A DNA stretch of 33,676 nt from a virus (Duplodnaviria; Caudoviricetes): positions 1 through 33,676 of the IMG/VR virus record IMGVR_UViG_3300025288_000061, one strand, 5' to 3'. The position numbers and the translations under genes are program-made. Position 1 is the first letter of the stretch, and each line of letters begins with the position of its first letter. This document shows, piece by piece, positions 8,909 to 17,441 of the stretch. A model generated the notes under the pieces. It did no database searches, was not told the DNA's origin, and saw nothing but the letters and a program-made list of their open reading frames with translations.

Positions 8909-9116
8909 CTATCAACTTTGGGCCGAAACGGCCCTAAAATTAAACGGTATGAGTCTACGCGACTTGTACGACTTCTACAACTGCACTAGGCCGGAATGGA
9001 TTCGAGCGCTTGGACCTAAGCCAACTCAGCGCTTGATGAAGCTTCGAGCGCGATTGCTAAAGGATGCGCGAAAAAACGCGGAATCTCTTTTCTCCGTTTT
9101 GAATGGGGCGAAATAA
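8901..9116 (+). CDS. Small basic protein, possible Cro-like HTH
   Basis: SD GGAGG before ATG 8901; LKLNGMSLRDLY...TRPEWIRAL pattern. Confidence 0.4.
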   Translation: MTNYQLWAETALKLNGMSLRDLYDFYNCTRPEWIRALGPKPTQRLMKLRARLLKDARKNAESLFSVLNGAK

Positions 9117-9264
9117 TGCCGATTAGAATTTTTTCAACGACTCTTTTGACAGGAGCAATTTTGAACGAGCTTGGATTTTCATTTAAAGAAGACTTTAAGT
9201 TTTTTTCATTGATTTTAGTTTATCAGTTTTTGATCATAACAGCGATTTATGAGGGTAAAAAATA

Positions 9265-9447
9265 ATGCGACTAAAAAAAGGTGAAGCTTGCGGCTATATC
9301 GTGAAAGCTGAAAAGAGCTATTTATGCGACGACTGCGGGCATGAAATTTTAGCGAGGACGTGGCACGCAAAAGCAAAAGCATTCCGACAAGATGCAATCA
9401 GGTTGTGTCAAATATGCGAACCTATACCAATGGAGATGATGGTATGA
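9265..9447 (+). CDS. Small Zn-ribbon protein
   Basis: CDDC...CQIC. Confidence 0.55.
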   Translation: MRLKKGEACGYIVKAEKSYLCDDCGHEILARTWHAKAKAFRQDAIRLCQICEPIPMEMMV

Positions 9448-9550
9448 CCACAGAATTTTTGGATCACATGGAAAGTTCAATGATACATGGACTATGTTTC
9501 ATCATAGTTATTGGGCTCATAGTTTACGGTATTATTTTTCACGGGTGGCT

Positions 9551-9877
9551 ATGAATGAGCGAGAAACAAAACGTAATCTTGACGTTCAACTTTCCAATGC
9601 CAACGTGGAACAGAATACTAGCGATGCATCACTGGGAAAGAAAAAAGCTCAGAGATTCTATCCACAAGCTCGTTGCAAAGTCATTGTTTATTCATACAGA
9701 AAGCGGGACACAGATTGTGACGGAATCAGCGCGAAAGCTCTCATCGACGGGTTGGTGCATGTCGGAATATTTGAGGATGATTCGTCCAAATTCATTGAAA
9801 GCTACGAATCAAAAGTTATTAAAATCAAAAGCACAGAAGAAGAAAAAACAGTTTTAGAAATCATTTACAAGGAGTAA
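9551..9877 (+). CDS. RusA-like Holliday junction resolvase, catalytic-half frame
   Basis: RKRDTDCDGISAKALIDGLVHVGIFEDDS fits the RusA-type D-x-D...K...D...DD pattern; ATGA overlap with the upstream ORF. Confidence 0.7.
   Translation: MNERETKRNLDVQLSNANVEQNTSDASLGKKKAQRFYPQARCKVIVYSYRKRDTDCDGISAKALIDGLVHVGIFEDDSSKFIESYESKVIKIKSTEEEKTVLEIIYKE
9555..9857 (+). CDS. Overlapping ORF carrying a RusA-type N-terminus
   Basis: LTFNFPMPTWNRILAMHHWERKKLR resembles the P-S/T-x-N...HW N-terminus of RusA-like proteins; open for 100 codons over the catalytic frame. Confidence 0.5.
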   Translation: MSEKQNVILTFNFPMPTWNRILAMHHWERKKLRDSIHKLVAKSLFIHTESGTQIVTESARKLSSTGWCMSEYLRMIRPNSLKATNQKLLKSKAQKKKKQF

Positions 9878-9883
9878 GAAAAA

Positions 9884-10105
9884 ATGACAAAAGATGATCT
9901 AAAAAGAGAGAACAGCACTATTGAAGATGCTAACTCAAAAATGATGGGAGTAATATCAGGGTTAGAAAAATCGTGCGAAAAGAAAGACTTAGAAATTAAA
10001 AGTCTAATGGAATTTATTAACGTCTTGAAACGCGACATAGTTTTATTGAAAGACGATTTAATTAGCATTTATAAAGAACATTTTGAACTAATCAGGAACA
10101 AATAA
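9884..10105 (+). CDS. Small coiled-coil hypothetical protein
   Basis: SD AAGGAG. Confidence 0.6.
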   Translation: MTKDDLKRENSTIEDANSKMMGVISGLEKSCEKKDLEIKSLMEFINVLKRDIVLLKDDLISIYKEHFELIRNK

Positions 10106-10106
10106 A

Positions 10107-10684
10107 ATGAAGAATAAAGAAGATATAAAAAAGACCTTGAATTTTTAGTGAAGAATCACGGTAAGAGGTGCTTTTTTGATGGTGATGCCGATGTACTATC
10201 TGGATATGATTCTGATCTGACCTCATGTTGGAAAGGCCAGAATATCGTTGGTAAAAAATGCGAGCTAATCCAAGAGCCAGAAGACGAGACTTTAAAATAT
10301 CGTGAGGCTGTAGAAAAGGCTAATCGAGAAGGAGAAAAGCTTCAGTGGACTTATCTTAAAAAAGAGAAATGGATAGATAGATTCGATGATAAGCAAGGCG
10401 AGCCATTGTTTTGGGATGACCACAACTACCGCATAAAGCCAAATCAAGAGCCAAAAATTATCCCTTGGACGGCTGAGACTTGTCCGTTTCCGCTTGCGAT
10501 AAGGCAAAAAAGCTGGCCAAAAGGAGTGTTTATAGTGGCTATATTTACAAATGAAGAAGGCGTCTTGGTGATAGATGCAGCATGCAATGACATTCAAGTG
10601 TCATTTGGAGATTTATCAGATCCAGAACAGGGTTGGGAGCAAAGAAACGGTCAGCCTTGTGGGGAGGTTGTGGATGGAATCTAA
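10107..10684 (+). CDS. Hypothetical protein, apparently needing a -1 shift at 10127-10133 (or starting at GTG 10148)
   Basis: SD-led ATG 10107 frame stops after 13 codons; A-AAA-AAG joins it to the 178-aa frame. Confidence 0.55.
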
Positions 10685-10855
10685 CATAACACTTACAGGC
10701 GCAATTAGAGAAATCAAGCGTCTAAAAGAAGAAAAGGAGGAGATCGAGAAGATGTTTTCTCTTCTCAGTATAGAGCACATTAGACTTATTTTGAATGGAT
10801 TAAACAATGATTGAAGATACTTTTAAGTCTTGCGAGCTTTGCGGAAGGAAACAAA

Positions 10856-11125
10856 ATGAGTATAAAATTAATTAATAAATCAGAAGAAACTGAGCAGGAC
10901 GACATCATATCAATGAGTGAAATGAAGCAGCTTGAGGTTTGTGTTGTGATTGATGGTGGTGATGATGGTCATGTAATTATGCGTACCGCAAGCATCGCCA
11001 ATTTTGAAGTAATGGACTTAACTAATCCGAGGCGAGGTTCTTGTTGGATTGATATTAATAATGCTAAATATACAAAAGTTCGACGACTACGCAAAGGCGA
11101 GAAATACTTGCTTGAGCTGAGTTGA
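10856..11125 (+). CDS. Hypothetical protein
   Basis: AAGGA SD before MSIKLINK. Confidence 0.55.
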   Translation: MSIKLINKSEETEQDDIISMSEMKQLEVCVVIDGGDDGHVIMRTASIANFEVMDLTNPRRGSCWIDINNAKYTKVRRLRKGEKYLLELS

Positions 11126-11171
11126 TTTTAAAATAGACTTGAAGTAAATGATTAGATAGTAGAATCAACAC

Positions 11172-11227
11172 AGAGGGCCGCCGTTGCAACGGTTGCGTGA
11201 CTCCTTCGCGAGGCCCTCTTTTTTTTT
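11172..11227 (+). terminator. Branched hairpin plus T-run (terminator or small structured RNA)
   Basis: AGAGGGCC (11172-11179) pairs with GGCCCTCT (11212-11219), encloses two sub-hairpins, followed by a T-run. Confidence 0.7.
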
Positions 11228-11477
11228 AAACCGAGGAGATTTTCGAAGGATGGAAAACTTCAAATTTGCAAAGCTAAAATTGAACTAGACGCATTTGACG
11301 AGAGTAAACTAATTAAGCTTGCAACAAATGATTATATGGTAGAATACGATTAAGAATAAACGAAAAATAGTGTAAAGTGCGGTCGGGTTGCTCCTTCTGA
11401 TTTCCACCTTAACTCCAAGTGGCGCTATTTTTATTCTTACTTTCAAATGGAGTTTGTTTAAATTGGGAGTTCCAGAA

Positions 11478-11750
11478 ATGGAATATAAAGATTTTCAAAG
11501 GGTAAATAAACTAGAACCGCTAGTTCGTGATATTTGGGTGTCGTGTGGTGGTGCACCAGAGTTTCTTAGTAACTATCACATTATTGCAATAAATGAGTTT
11601 TTAGCCAATCATGATATAAGCGTTTTTTATTCAATATCAAAAGCTTTAGAAGGAATACCTTGGCGAACAGATGATAGGTATTTTTGTATTTTAATGGCAA
11701 TGATGCTCGAATATTCTGTTGTAGGAAAATGCGAGGGTTACAAAATATGA
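11478..11750 (+). CDS. Hypothetical protein upstream of the initiator
   Basis: SD GGGAG before ATG 11478; stop overlaps the next start (ATGA). Confidence 0.6.
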   Translation: MEYKDFQRVNKLEPLVRDIWVSCGGAPEFLSNYHIIAINEFLANHDISVFYSISKALEGIPWRTDDRYFCILMAMMLEYSVVGKCEGYKI

Positions 11751-12541
11751 AGTGGTTTAAACACTCTTGCACAGCTAGAGACGATCAAAAGATTTCCAAA
11801 TTAATGGATGAACTTGGACTCGAAGGATATGGGGCCTACATGATTATTTTAGAGGTTGTCGCTCATGAAATGGGACCTCAAAATAACTGTTTCGCTGAGT
11901 TTTCACTAAAAAAATGGGGAACATTTTGCCAAGTTTCTCCAAAAAGATTCGCAAAGTTTGCTGAAATTATGGCAAACTTATTGCTGTTTGATGCGGATAT
12001 TTCAGAAAAAAACTGCAAAATAAATATACCTAACCTATTGAAATACAGGGACAACCACACAAAGAACTTGCAAGTTGCTGACAAGAAAGTTTCCCTAGAT
12101 AAAGATAAAGAGAAAGAGAAAGAACAAGATAAAGAGAAAGATAATAAATCTATGGCCCCTAAAGTGGCCGTTGATTATTCAGAAGACTTTGAAACCTTTT
12201 GGAAACTTGGTATTGATTGTCATCGCAAGAACGAAAATAAACAGAAAGTTTTCGAGAAGTACAGAGCTAGAAGAAATTCAGGCATCAAAGTCGAAGATTT
12301 GCTTTTTGTCGCTGAAAGGATTTTTCTAAATAACCAGCGCGTTGACAGCATTGAGTTTAGAACTGGCCTGTTTACGTCTCTTGGCTCTGACATGGCCGTC
12401 AAACAGATTCTAGCTGGTGAACGATTCGGGGACGATGCTTTGGGGATCAAAAAAAGCAAATCATTAAGCAATGCAGAAATGACGATGCAATCAACTAAAA
12501 ATTTAATGGATAAAATAAACAACGGAGAATCTTTTTTTTAA
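11747..12541 (+). CDS. Phage replication initiator (Lin1244/DUF4373-like N-terminus)
   Basis: MKWFKHS...DDQKISKL...GLEGYGAYMIILE; DKDKEKEKE linker; YSEDFETFWK C-terminal domain. Confidence 0.75.
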   Translation: MKWFKHSCTARDDQKISKLMDELGLEGYGAYMIILEVVAHEMGPQNNCFAEFSLKKWGTFCQVSPKRFAKFAEIMANLLLFDADISEKNCKINIPNLLKYRDNHTKNLQVADKKVSLDKDKEKEKEQDKEKDNKSMAPKVAVDYSEDFETFWKLGIDCHRKNENKQKVFEKYRARRNSGIKVEDLLFVAERIFLNNQRVDSIEFRTGLFTSLGSDMAVKQILAGERFGDDALGIKKSKSLSNAEMTMQSTKNLMDKINNGESFF

Positions 12542-12549
12542 GGTAAATT

Positions 12550-13128
12550 ATGACTAACGAACAAAAGCAAACTATTTTATTAAAAGAACTAGGCAAAATG
12601 TTTTTAGCTACTGGGCAAGGCGCTAGTGAAGCTCAGATAGCCGCTTACATTGATTATTTAAGGGAAGCTGCCGTTGAAAATCACAGCAGCTTTGAAGATG
12701 TTATTAAAGCGATTAGACAGACAGCAAAAGAATGCGATTATCCACCAAGAGTATCTGAGATAATCAAGCATTTAAAGCCAAGCCAAGAAGACATGGACGC
12801 AGAGCTAAGCGCGATGACATCCGATGCTATGAAAACAATCAGGCGACTTTTAGCGGAAGGCAGGGGCGAAAGACCACGCTTTGAGAATGCGACTTTACAG
12901 CAAGCATACAACGCAACGATGCAAAGAGAGTGGAACGACTGTGACGAGTTTGACAGGTATTTTGCTATGACGCTCAAAAAGAACTTGACATCATTCAAAG
13001 GATCGGGCGCTTATCAGCAATCTTTGCAGCTTCAAGAGGCCCAAGAAAAACAGGAGCGACTTGATTATTACAAAAACGGCGGTGGAATGTTTCATTTAGA
13101 TACATCTAAAACTGAGTCTATAAAATGA
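12550..13128 (+). CDS. Probable helicase loader/inhibitor-like replication protein
   Basis: Directly follows the initiator; DVIKAIRQ...DYPPRVSEI motif typical of that slot. Confidence 0.5.
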   Translation: MTNEQKQTILLKELGKMFLATGQGASEAQIAAYIDYLREAAVENHSSFEDVIKAIRQTAKECDYPPRVSEIIKHLKPSQEDMDAELSAMTSDAMKTIRRLLAEGRGERPRFENATLQQAYNATMQREWNDCDEFDRYFAMTLKKNLTSFKGSGAYQQSLQLQEAQEKQERLDYYKNGGGMFHLDTSKTESIK

Positions 13129-13544
13129 CCTACAAGCCACAAGAAAAGGAAATTAAAACCGACGCGGATGCAGAGCACAGGGCCAAAATGCACAGGGCAT
13201 GGCTTGAAGATCAAGAAGCTAATAACTTGGGCGGTGACGAGCTTATGAGGCATGGCGACGGTTGCGTCTGGCTTGGAATTGCAAGCAAGGGCTGTCCTTA
13301 TGGTTTGCCTGTTACTTTTGCCGACCCGATGTTCATCAAAAAAGTCAAAGAAAAATTCATTAAATGGGATTTTTCAGGGAATAAAACTCAAAATCTTGGG
13401 GGTGTAAAACTCACTCAAGAGGAAGTCAAAGAGAGACTGTACCAGATTATGGCAGAATTACGCAAAATTAACGCGAAATTTAAGGCTCCAAATGCCAAAG
13501 CATACTCATCACACAGCCTAGACATTCAAACGGCTTATAATTGA
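13125..13544 (+). CDS. Hypothetical protein
   Basis: ATGA coupling. Confidence 0.6.
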   Translation: MTYKPQEKEIKTDADAEHRAKMHRAWLEDQEANNLGGDELMRHGDGCVWLGIASKGCPYGLPVTFADPMFIKKVKEKFIKWDFSGNKTQNLGGVKLTQEEVKERLYQIMAELRKINAKFKAPNAKAYSSHSLDIQTAYN

Positions 13545-13588
13545 AATTTGAGCGTTTTCACAATTCACACTAACAACGAGATAAAAAC

Positions 13589-13975
13589 ATGACAGACGAA
13601 GAAAAATATGAATTTTATAAAAAATACAAAGGTAAGAAAATTGAATTTTCAGATGATGAAGATTTTAAAACTATTTTTCGTAGAAAATTAGCATTCGTAA
13701 CACTTGGTGATATTAATTATTCTTTCATTTGCGAATATGGCGACGAATTTAAATACGCCCGAGCAAGACAACGCAGACCTAAATTTGGGGATAAAGTTAA
13801 GGCTTGGGATGACATTGTAAAACCATTAATGCCCAACGATGGCACTTACATAGCTCATGTCGGTGGTGATTTTCCTCACATTGTTGCATCAAGACATTCA
13901 AATTTTTATAATCTTCCAACTGCCGAGGGCGTAAAAGCTTTCTCTTATAAAAACGTAGAGGTAATAGACCAATGA
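13589..13975 (+). CDS. Hypothetical protein
   Basis: 128-aa ORF in operon orientation. Confidence 0.6.
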   Translation: MTDEEKYEFYKKYKGKKIEFSDDEDFKTIFRRKLAFVTLGDINYSFICEYGDEFKYARARQRRPKFGDKVKAWDDIVKPLMPNDGTYIAHVGGDFPHIVASRHSNFYNLPTAEGVKAFSYKNVEVIDQ

Positions 13976-14325
13976 ACATACTAGAAAAAATATTCGGAAA
14001 GAAAAAAGATAACTATCTTGAATCATTGTCTTACAAGGACGCCACAATAAGATTGCAAGCGCAGACAATAAACGATCTGCGAGAAATTACAGATACGCAG
14101 AGCGCTGAACTGATGAGCTTGAATCGAGAGATTGAAAAGCTCAATGCAATTAAAAATAGCGAGAAGGAATTAAGGCGCATTAAAGCAAGCCTACGCGTCC
14201 TTAAAATTGACTGTAGCAAGTACAAATGCAGCCAGAGAGCATACCAAAAATTTGAAGATAGGCTGAGAGTGAAAGACGACAAAACTCTGGATGAAATCTG
14301 GGAAGAATTGGAGGTCAAACAATGA
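13972..14325 (+). CDS. Coiled-coil hypothetical protein
   Basis: SD GAGG, ATGA coupling. Confidence 0.6.
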   Translation: MNILEKIFGKKKDNYLESLSYKDATIRLQAQTINDLREITDTQSAELMSLNREIEKLNAIKNSEKELRRIKASLRVLKIDCSKYKCSQRAYQKFEDRLRVKDDKTLDEIWEELEVKQ

Positions 14326-14498
14326 GCCCACAGTTCCTAGATGAGATTGTTTTGGACTTAATAAGGGAACTTGTTAGACTAAAAGAAAAGACTATAAAAA
14401 GGCCCTGTCTACGTTGCAGACAACCGCATAAAGGCACAAATGCAGAAATCATTGTAATCAATGGTTACGCATCATAATGAGCGAGTTATCTCGTTTGG

Positions 14499-14534
14499 GG
14501 GTGCAAGATTCTCCACTTGCATCCATTTTTTTTT
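14499..14534 (+). terminator. Intrinsic terminator
   Basis: GGGTGCAAG-attctcca-CTTGCATCC then T9; a second stem AAAAGCAGG/CCTGCTTTT plus T-run follows at 14547-14612. Confidence 0.7.
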
Positions 14535-14633
14535 ACTTGGAGAAATAAAAGCAGGTTAAACTCAACTCTCATAAACTGGGCGATGGTTTTAATTTTCAGC
14601 CTGCTTTTTTTTATTTACTTTGGAGATGGATAG

Positions 14634-14747
14634 ATGGAAAAACTAAAAATTATATTTTTTGCATTTTTTATATTTTCGCTGATTTCGTTTTATCTGCTGT
14701 CCGTGTTTGTGTCGGCGCTATTCTTTATCGATTTACTTTGGAGATAA
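14634..14747 (+). CDS. 37-aa hydrophobic peptide
   Basis: MEKLKIIFFAFFIFSLISFYLLSVFVSALFFIDLLWR with GGAG upstream; not in the ORF track. Confidence 0.45.
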   Translation: MEKLKIIFFAFFIFSLISFYLLSVFVSALFFIDLLWR

Positions 14748-14749
14748 AC

Positions 14750-14950
14750 ATGAAGAAGTTTAGATTTTTCGTACATTTCAAAGGTTGTCGTAAAGCTACG
14801 GATTGGATTTACTGCGATTCTGAGATGGAAACAACAACTTCTTTTTTATCTAAAAGAGGTGAACATAATGGAGTCGTTGACGAAAAAGGAAACACTCACT
14901 ACATCAATTGGGATAATGTGAACTATTCTAAATGTGAAGAGGTCAAATAA
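14750..14950 (+). CDS. Hypothetical protein
   Basis: SD GGAG before MKKFRFF. Confidence 0.55.
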   Translation: MKKFRFFVHFKGCRKATDWIYCDSEMETTTSFLSKRGEHNGVVDEKGNTHYINWDNVNYSKCEEVK

Positions 14951-15474
14951 TGGGATTAAAAGACGATGTGACAACAGCTTTTTCGGAGTACGAACAGAAA
15001 CTTTGCACTAAAGATCAAGCGAAAGCGTACATTTTGCAAAAAGCGCATCAATATAATCATCAGCTGAACGTCGATAATTATAACCTCGGCAAGTGCTGCA
15101 TGATCTTCATCGAAGAAGAAAGAGGCTCTGAAAAATGGCAAGAAGCTCAAGATTTTTTTGAAGGAATGGTTGCTCCACTTTCTGACTCTGAAAAAGCTAA
15201 AAAGCAACTAGAGCACACGATGAATCTTTTTAAGCTCAAGAAAAAAGAGGCTGAGTTTGAAATTATGAAGAAGAAACTTGATGATTACGAGACTAGGAAT
15301 AAGAAGGCTGTCATAAAATTCACTGGCGACCAGTTCAAACATTTTGTTAAAAAAATGCAAAAGGGAATTGATCGTGGACATGACTATGCCGAGATTGAGA
15401 TTGAGAACGGAAAGAATGAGTACAAATTGCATCTTTACAGTGAGCGTAAAGAAGATGAAAAACCTCGTTTGTAA
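14950..15474 (+). CDS. Hypothetical protein
   Basis: SD GAGG, TAATG coupling. Confidence 0.6.
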   Translation: MGLKDDVTTAFSEYEQKLCTKDQAKAYILQKAHQYNHQLNVDNYNLGKCCMIFIEEERGSEKWQEAQDFFEGMVAPLSDSEKAKKQLEHTMNLFKLKKKEAEFEIMKKKLDDYETRNKKAVIKFTGDQFKHFVKKMQKGIDRGHDYAEIEIENGKNEYKLHLYSERKEDEKPRL

Positions 15475-15558
15475 AATTTTTGTCTACACAACTCTGGTCA
15501 TTGCTTACATTGCTTTAGCCTGTTTTGTCGCTCTTTTTGTTTGAGCTTTTCAATAAAA

Positions 15559-15586
15559 TTGGCTTTGTTACGCTCAACGCTATAAT
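15559..15586 (+). promoter_or_regulatory. Promoter immediately before terS (leaderless geometry)
   Basis: TTGGCT-N16-TATAAT, ATG 6 nt after the -10 box, no SD. Confidence 0.55.
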
Positions 15587-15592
15587 TTTTAA

Positions 15593-15976
15593 ATGAGCAA
15601 TCCCGTAGGAAGACCAACAAAGTACAATGAATCGCTTTGCAGCGAGGTTATTGAGCTAATGAAGCAAGGCGCTTCTATCGAGGAAATATGCCTAGATTTA
15701 GATATTTGCATACAGACTTTCTATAATTGGTGTGAAGAACACCCAGAATTTTTAGAGTCCAAAAAAAAGGGGGAAAGTTTTTCCAGGGGATGGTGGCTTA
15801 AAAATGGGCGATTAAACCTAGAGAATAAAGACTTTTCTTATACAGGTTGGTACATGAATATGAAAAATAGATTTGGTTGGGCAGACAAGCAAGAGATCGA
15901 CCACAAAAACGACGGCGGCAAGTTTCAAAGCATTTCGCCCCATCAATTCGTGACGGGTTGCCAAGAGGAAGATTGA
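15593..15976 (+). CDS. terS: Terminase small subunit
   Basis: GRPTKY, HTH ([16 protein letters not shown]), [16 protein letters not shown]; directly upstream of terL. Confidence 0.85.
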   Translation: MSNPVGRPTKYNESLCSEVIELMKQGASIEEICLDLDICIQTFYNWCEEHPEFLESKKKGESFSRGWWLKNGRLNLENKDFSYTGWYMNMKNRFGWADKQEIDHKNDGGKFQSISPHQFVTGCQEED

Positions 15977-17286
15977 GCCATCTATGGCTTATTGTAATTA
16001 CATCAATGAAAATAAGCTGTAAATATCAACCGCTTTGGACACAAAGCTATAGAGTTGCTATTTTGTCTGGTGGTCGTGGTAGTGGAAAATCGTTTGCCGT
16101 ACAAACATTTATAAGAGATCTTAGTTATCAATCTGGTCATAAGATAGCAAACACAAGGTACACTCTAACCAGCGCAAAAAAGAGTATAATACCAGAATTT
16201 TCTCAAAAACTAGAACTTAGCAAATCGCCATACAGTGACAGAGCTATGCTGCATGATTTTGATTTAGTGGATAACACATATTCTAATACTAAATCTGGAT
16301 CAGAGATATTTTTTCTTGGGCTAAAAACATCTAGTGGGGTTCAGACCGCTAGTTTAAAATCAATAAATGACCTCACAACTTTTGTGCTTGAGGAGAGCGA
16401 GGAACTTCCAAATGATGGTAGTGAAACAGAAGAATCAACTTATGATAAGATTTCAAACAGCATAAGAAACGTAAATAAGGAGCTTAGGGACATCCTGCTA
16501 TGGAATCCAACAACATTTGATAGTTTTGTCTATAAGCGATTCTTTGCGGAAAGGGGCGTGGACATTACTTTCAACGGCATCAAAGACGACGTGCTATATA
16601 TCTACACGACTTACTTAGACAACCTTGAAAACCTGCATCAATCTTTTATCGACAAAGCAGAGCAGACGAAAGCGGCAAATCCAAATCGGTACGACCATAT
16701 TTACCTAGGCTATCCGACTAAGCAAAACGAAAACGCGCTATGGAAGCGGGATACAATGATCTCACCTTACCGAGTTGACTCATCACCTGATCTAAGGCGC
16801 ATTGTTGTTGCAGTCGATCCAAGCGTTTCAGAAGGCAAAGAAGAAAACGACGAGTGCGGCATTGTGGTCGTAGGACATGGATTCGATGACCATTTTTACG
16901 TGCTTAGAGACGCAAGCGGCAGGATGAGCCCCCTTGACTGGGCAAGGACTGTGATTGCACAGTACGTTGATTTCAAGGCTGATAAGATTGTGGCTGAGGT
17001 CAATCAAGGCTTTGCTCTTGTTGAACTGAATATCCAAAACGTGCTCAAAAATGCGCCTGTAAAATCAGTCGTCGCGAAAAAAGGCAAGATGACAAGAGCG
17101 GAACCCGTTAGTGCGCTATATGAAGAAGGGCGAGTGCATCACGTAGGCCATTTTAAAGAGCTAGAAAGCCAGATGTGCAGCTACACAGGCGATCCAAAGC
17201 AGAAGTCACCCGACCGAATGGATGCGCTTGTCTATGCCCTCACTGAGTTGGCCTTTCCTGATGATAAACCCCTATTTTTTGCCTGA
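15973..17286 (+). CDS. terL: Terminase large subunit (start TTG 15973 or ATG 16006)
   Basis: Walker A GGRGSGKS, Walker B FVLEE, WNP coupling motif, nuclease VAVDPS...DECG...[11 protein letters not shown]. Confidence 0.95.
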   Translation: MSHLWLIVITSMKISCKYQPLWTQSYRVAILSGGRGSGKSFAVQTFIRDLSYQSGHKIANTRYTLTSAKKSIIPEFSQKLELSKSPYSDRAMLHDFDLVDNTYSNTKSGSEIFFLGLKTSSGVQTASLKSINDLTTFVLEESEELPNDGSETEESTYDKISNSIRNVNKELRDILLWNPTTFDSFVYKRFFAERGVDITFNGIKDDVLYIYTTYLDNLENLHQSFIDKAEQTKAANPNRYDHIYLGYPTKQNENALWKRDTMISPYRVDSSPDLRRIVVAVDPSVSEGKEENDECGIVVVGHGFDDHFYVLRDASGRMSPLDWARTVIAQYVDFKADKIVAEVNQGFALVELNIQNVLKNAPVKSVVAKKGKMTRAEPVSALYEEGRVHHVGHFKELESQMCSYTGDPKQKSPDRMDALVYALTELAFPDDKPLFFA

Positions 17287-17357
17287 GCTATTGAAATTTT
17301 GAGTTAACTGTCAAAATGGTGTTCTCACGCATCGCGTTTTAAACACTGCGAAAATTG

Positions 17358-17388
17358 AAGGTCGGTTTCCTAACTGGCCTTTTTTTTT
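17358..17388 (+). terminator. Intrinsic terminator after terL
   Basis: AAGGTCGGTT-tcct-AACTGGCCTT then T-run. Confidence 0.75.
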
Positions 17389-17441
17389 ATATATTCTTTG
17401 CGTAAATTTGCTCATGTAGTCAATTCGGCTAAAATGTCCGA

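Noticed and set aside
11172-11432. tRNA genes
   Set aside because: Branched stems lack the T-loop GTTC and D-loop consensus and a proper anticodon arm
15877-15972. N-terminal extension of terL given in the ORF track
   Set aside because: Overlaps terS out of frame with no SD; TTG 15973 or ATG 16006 is more plausible
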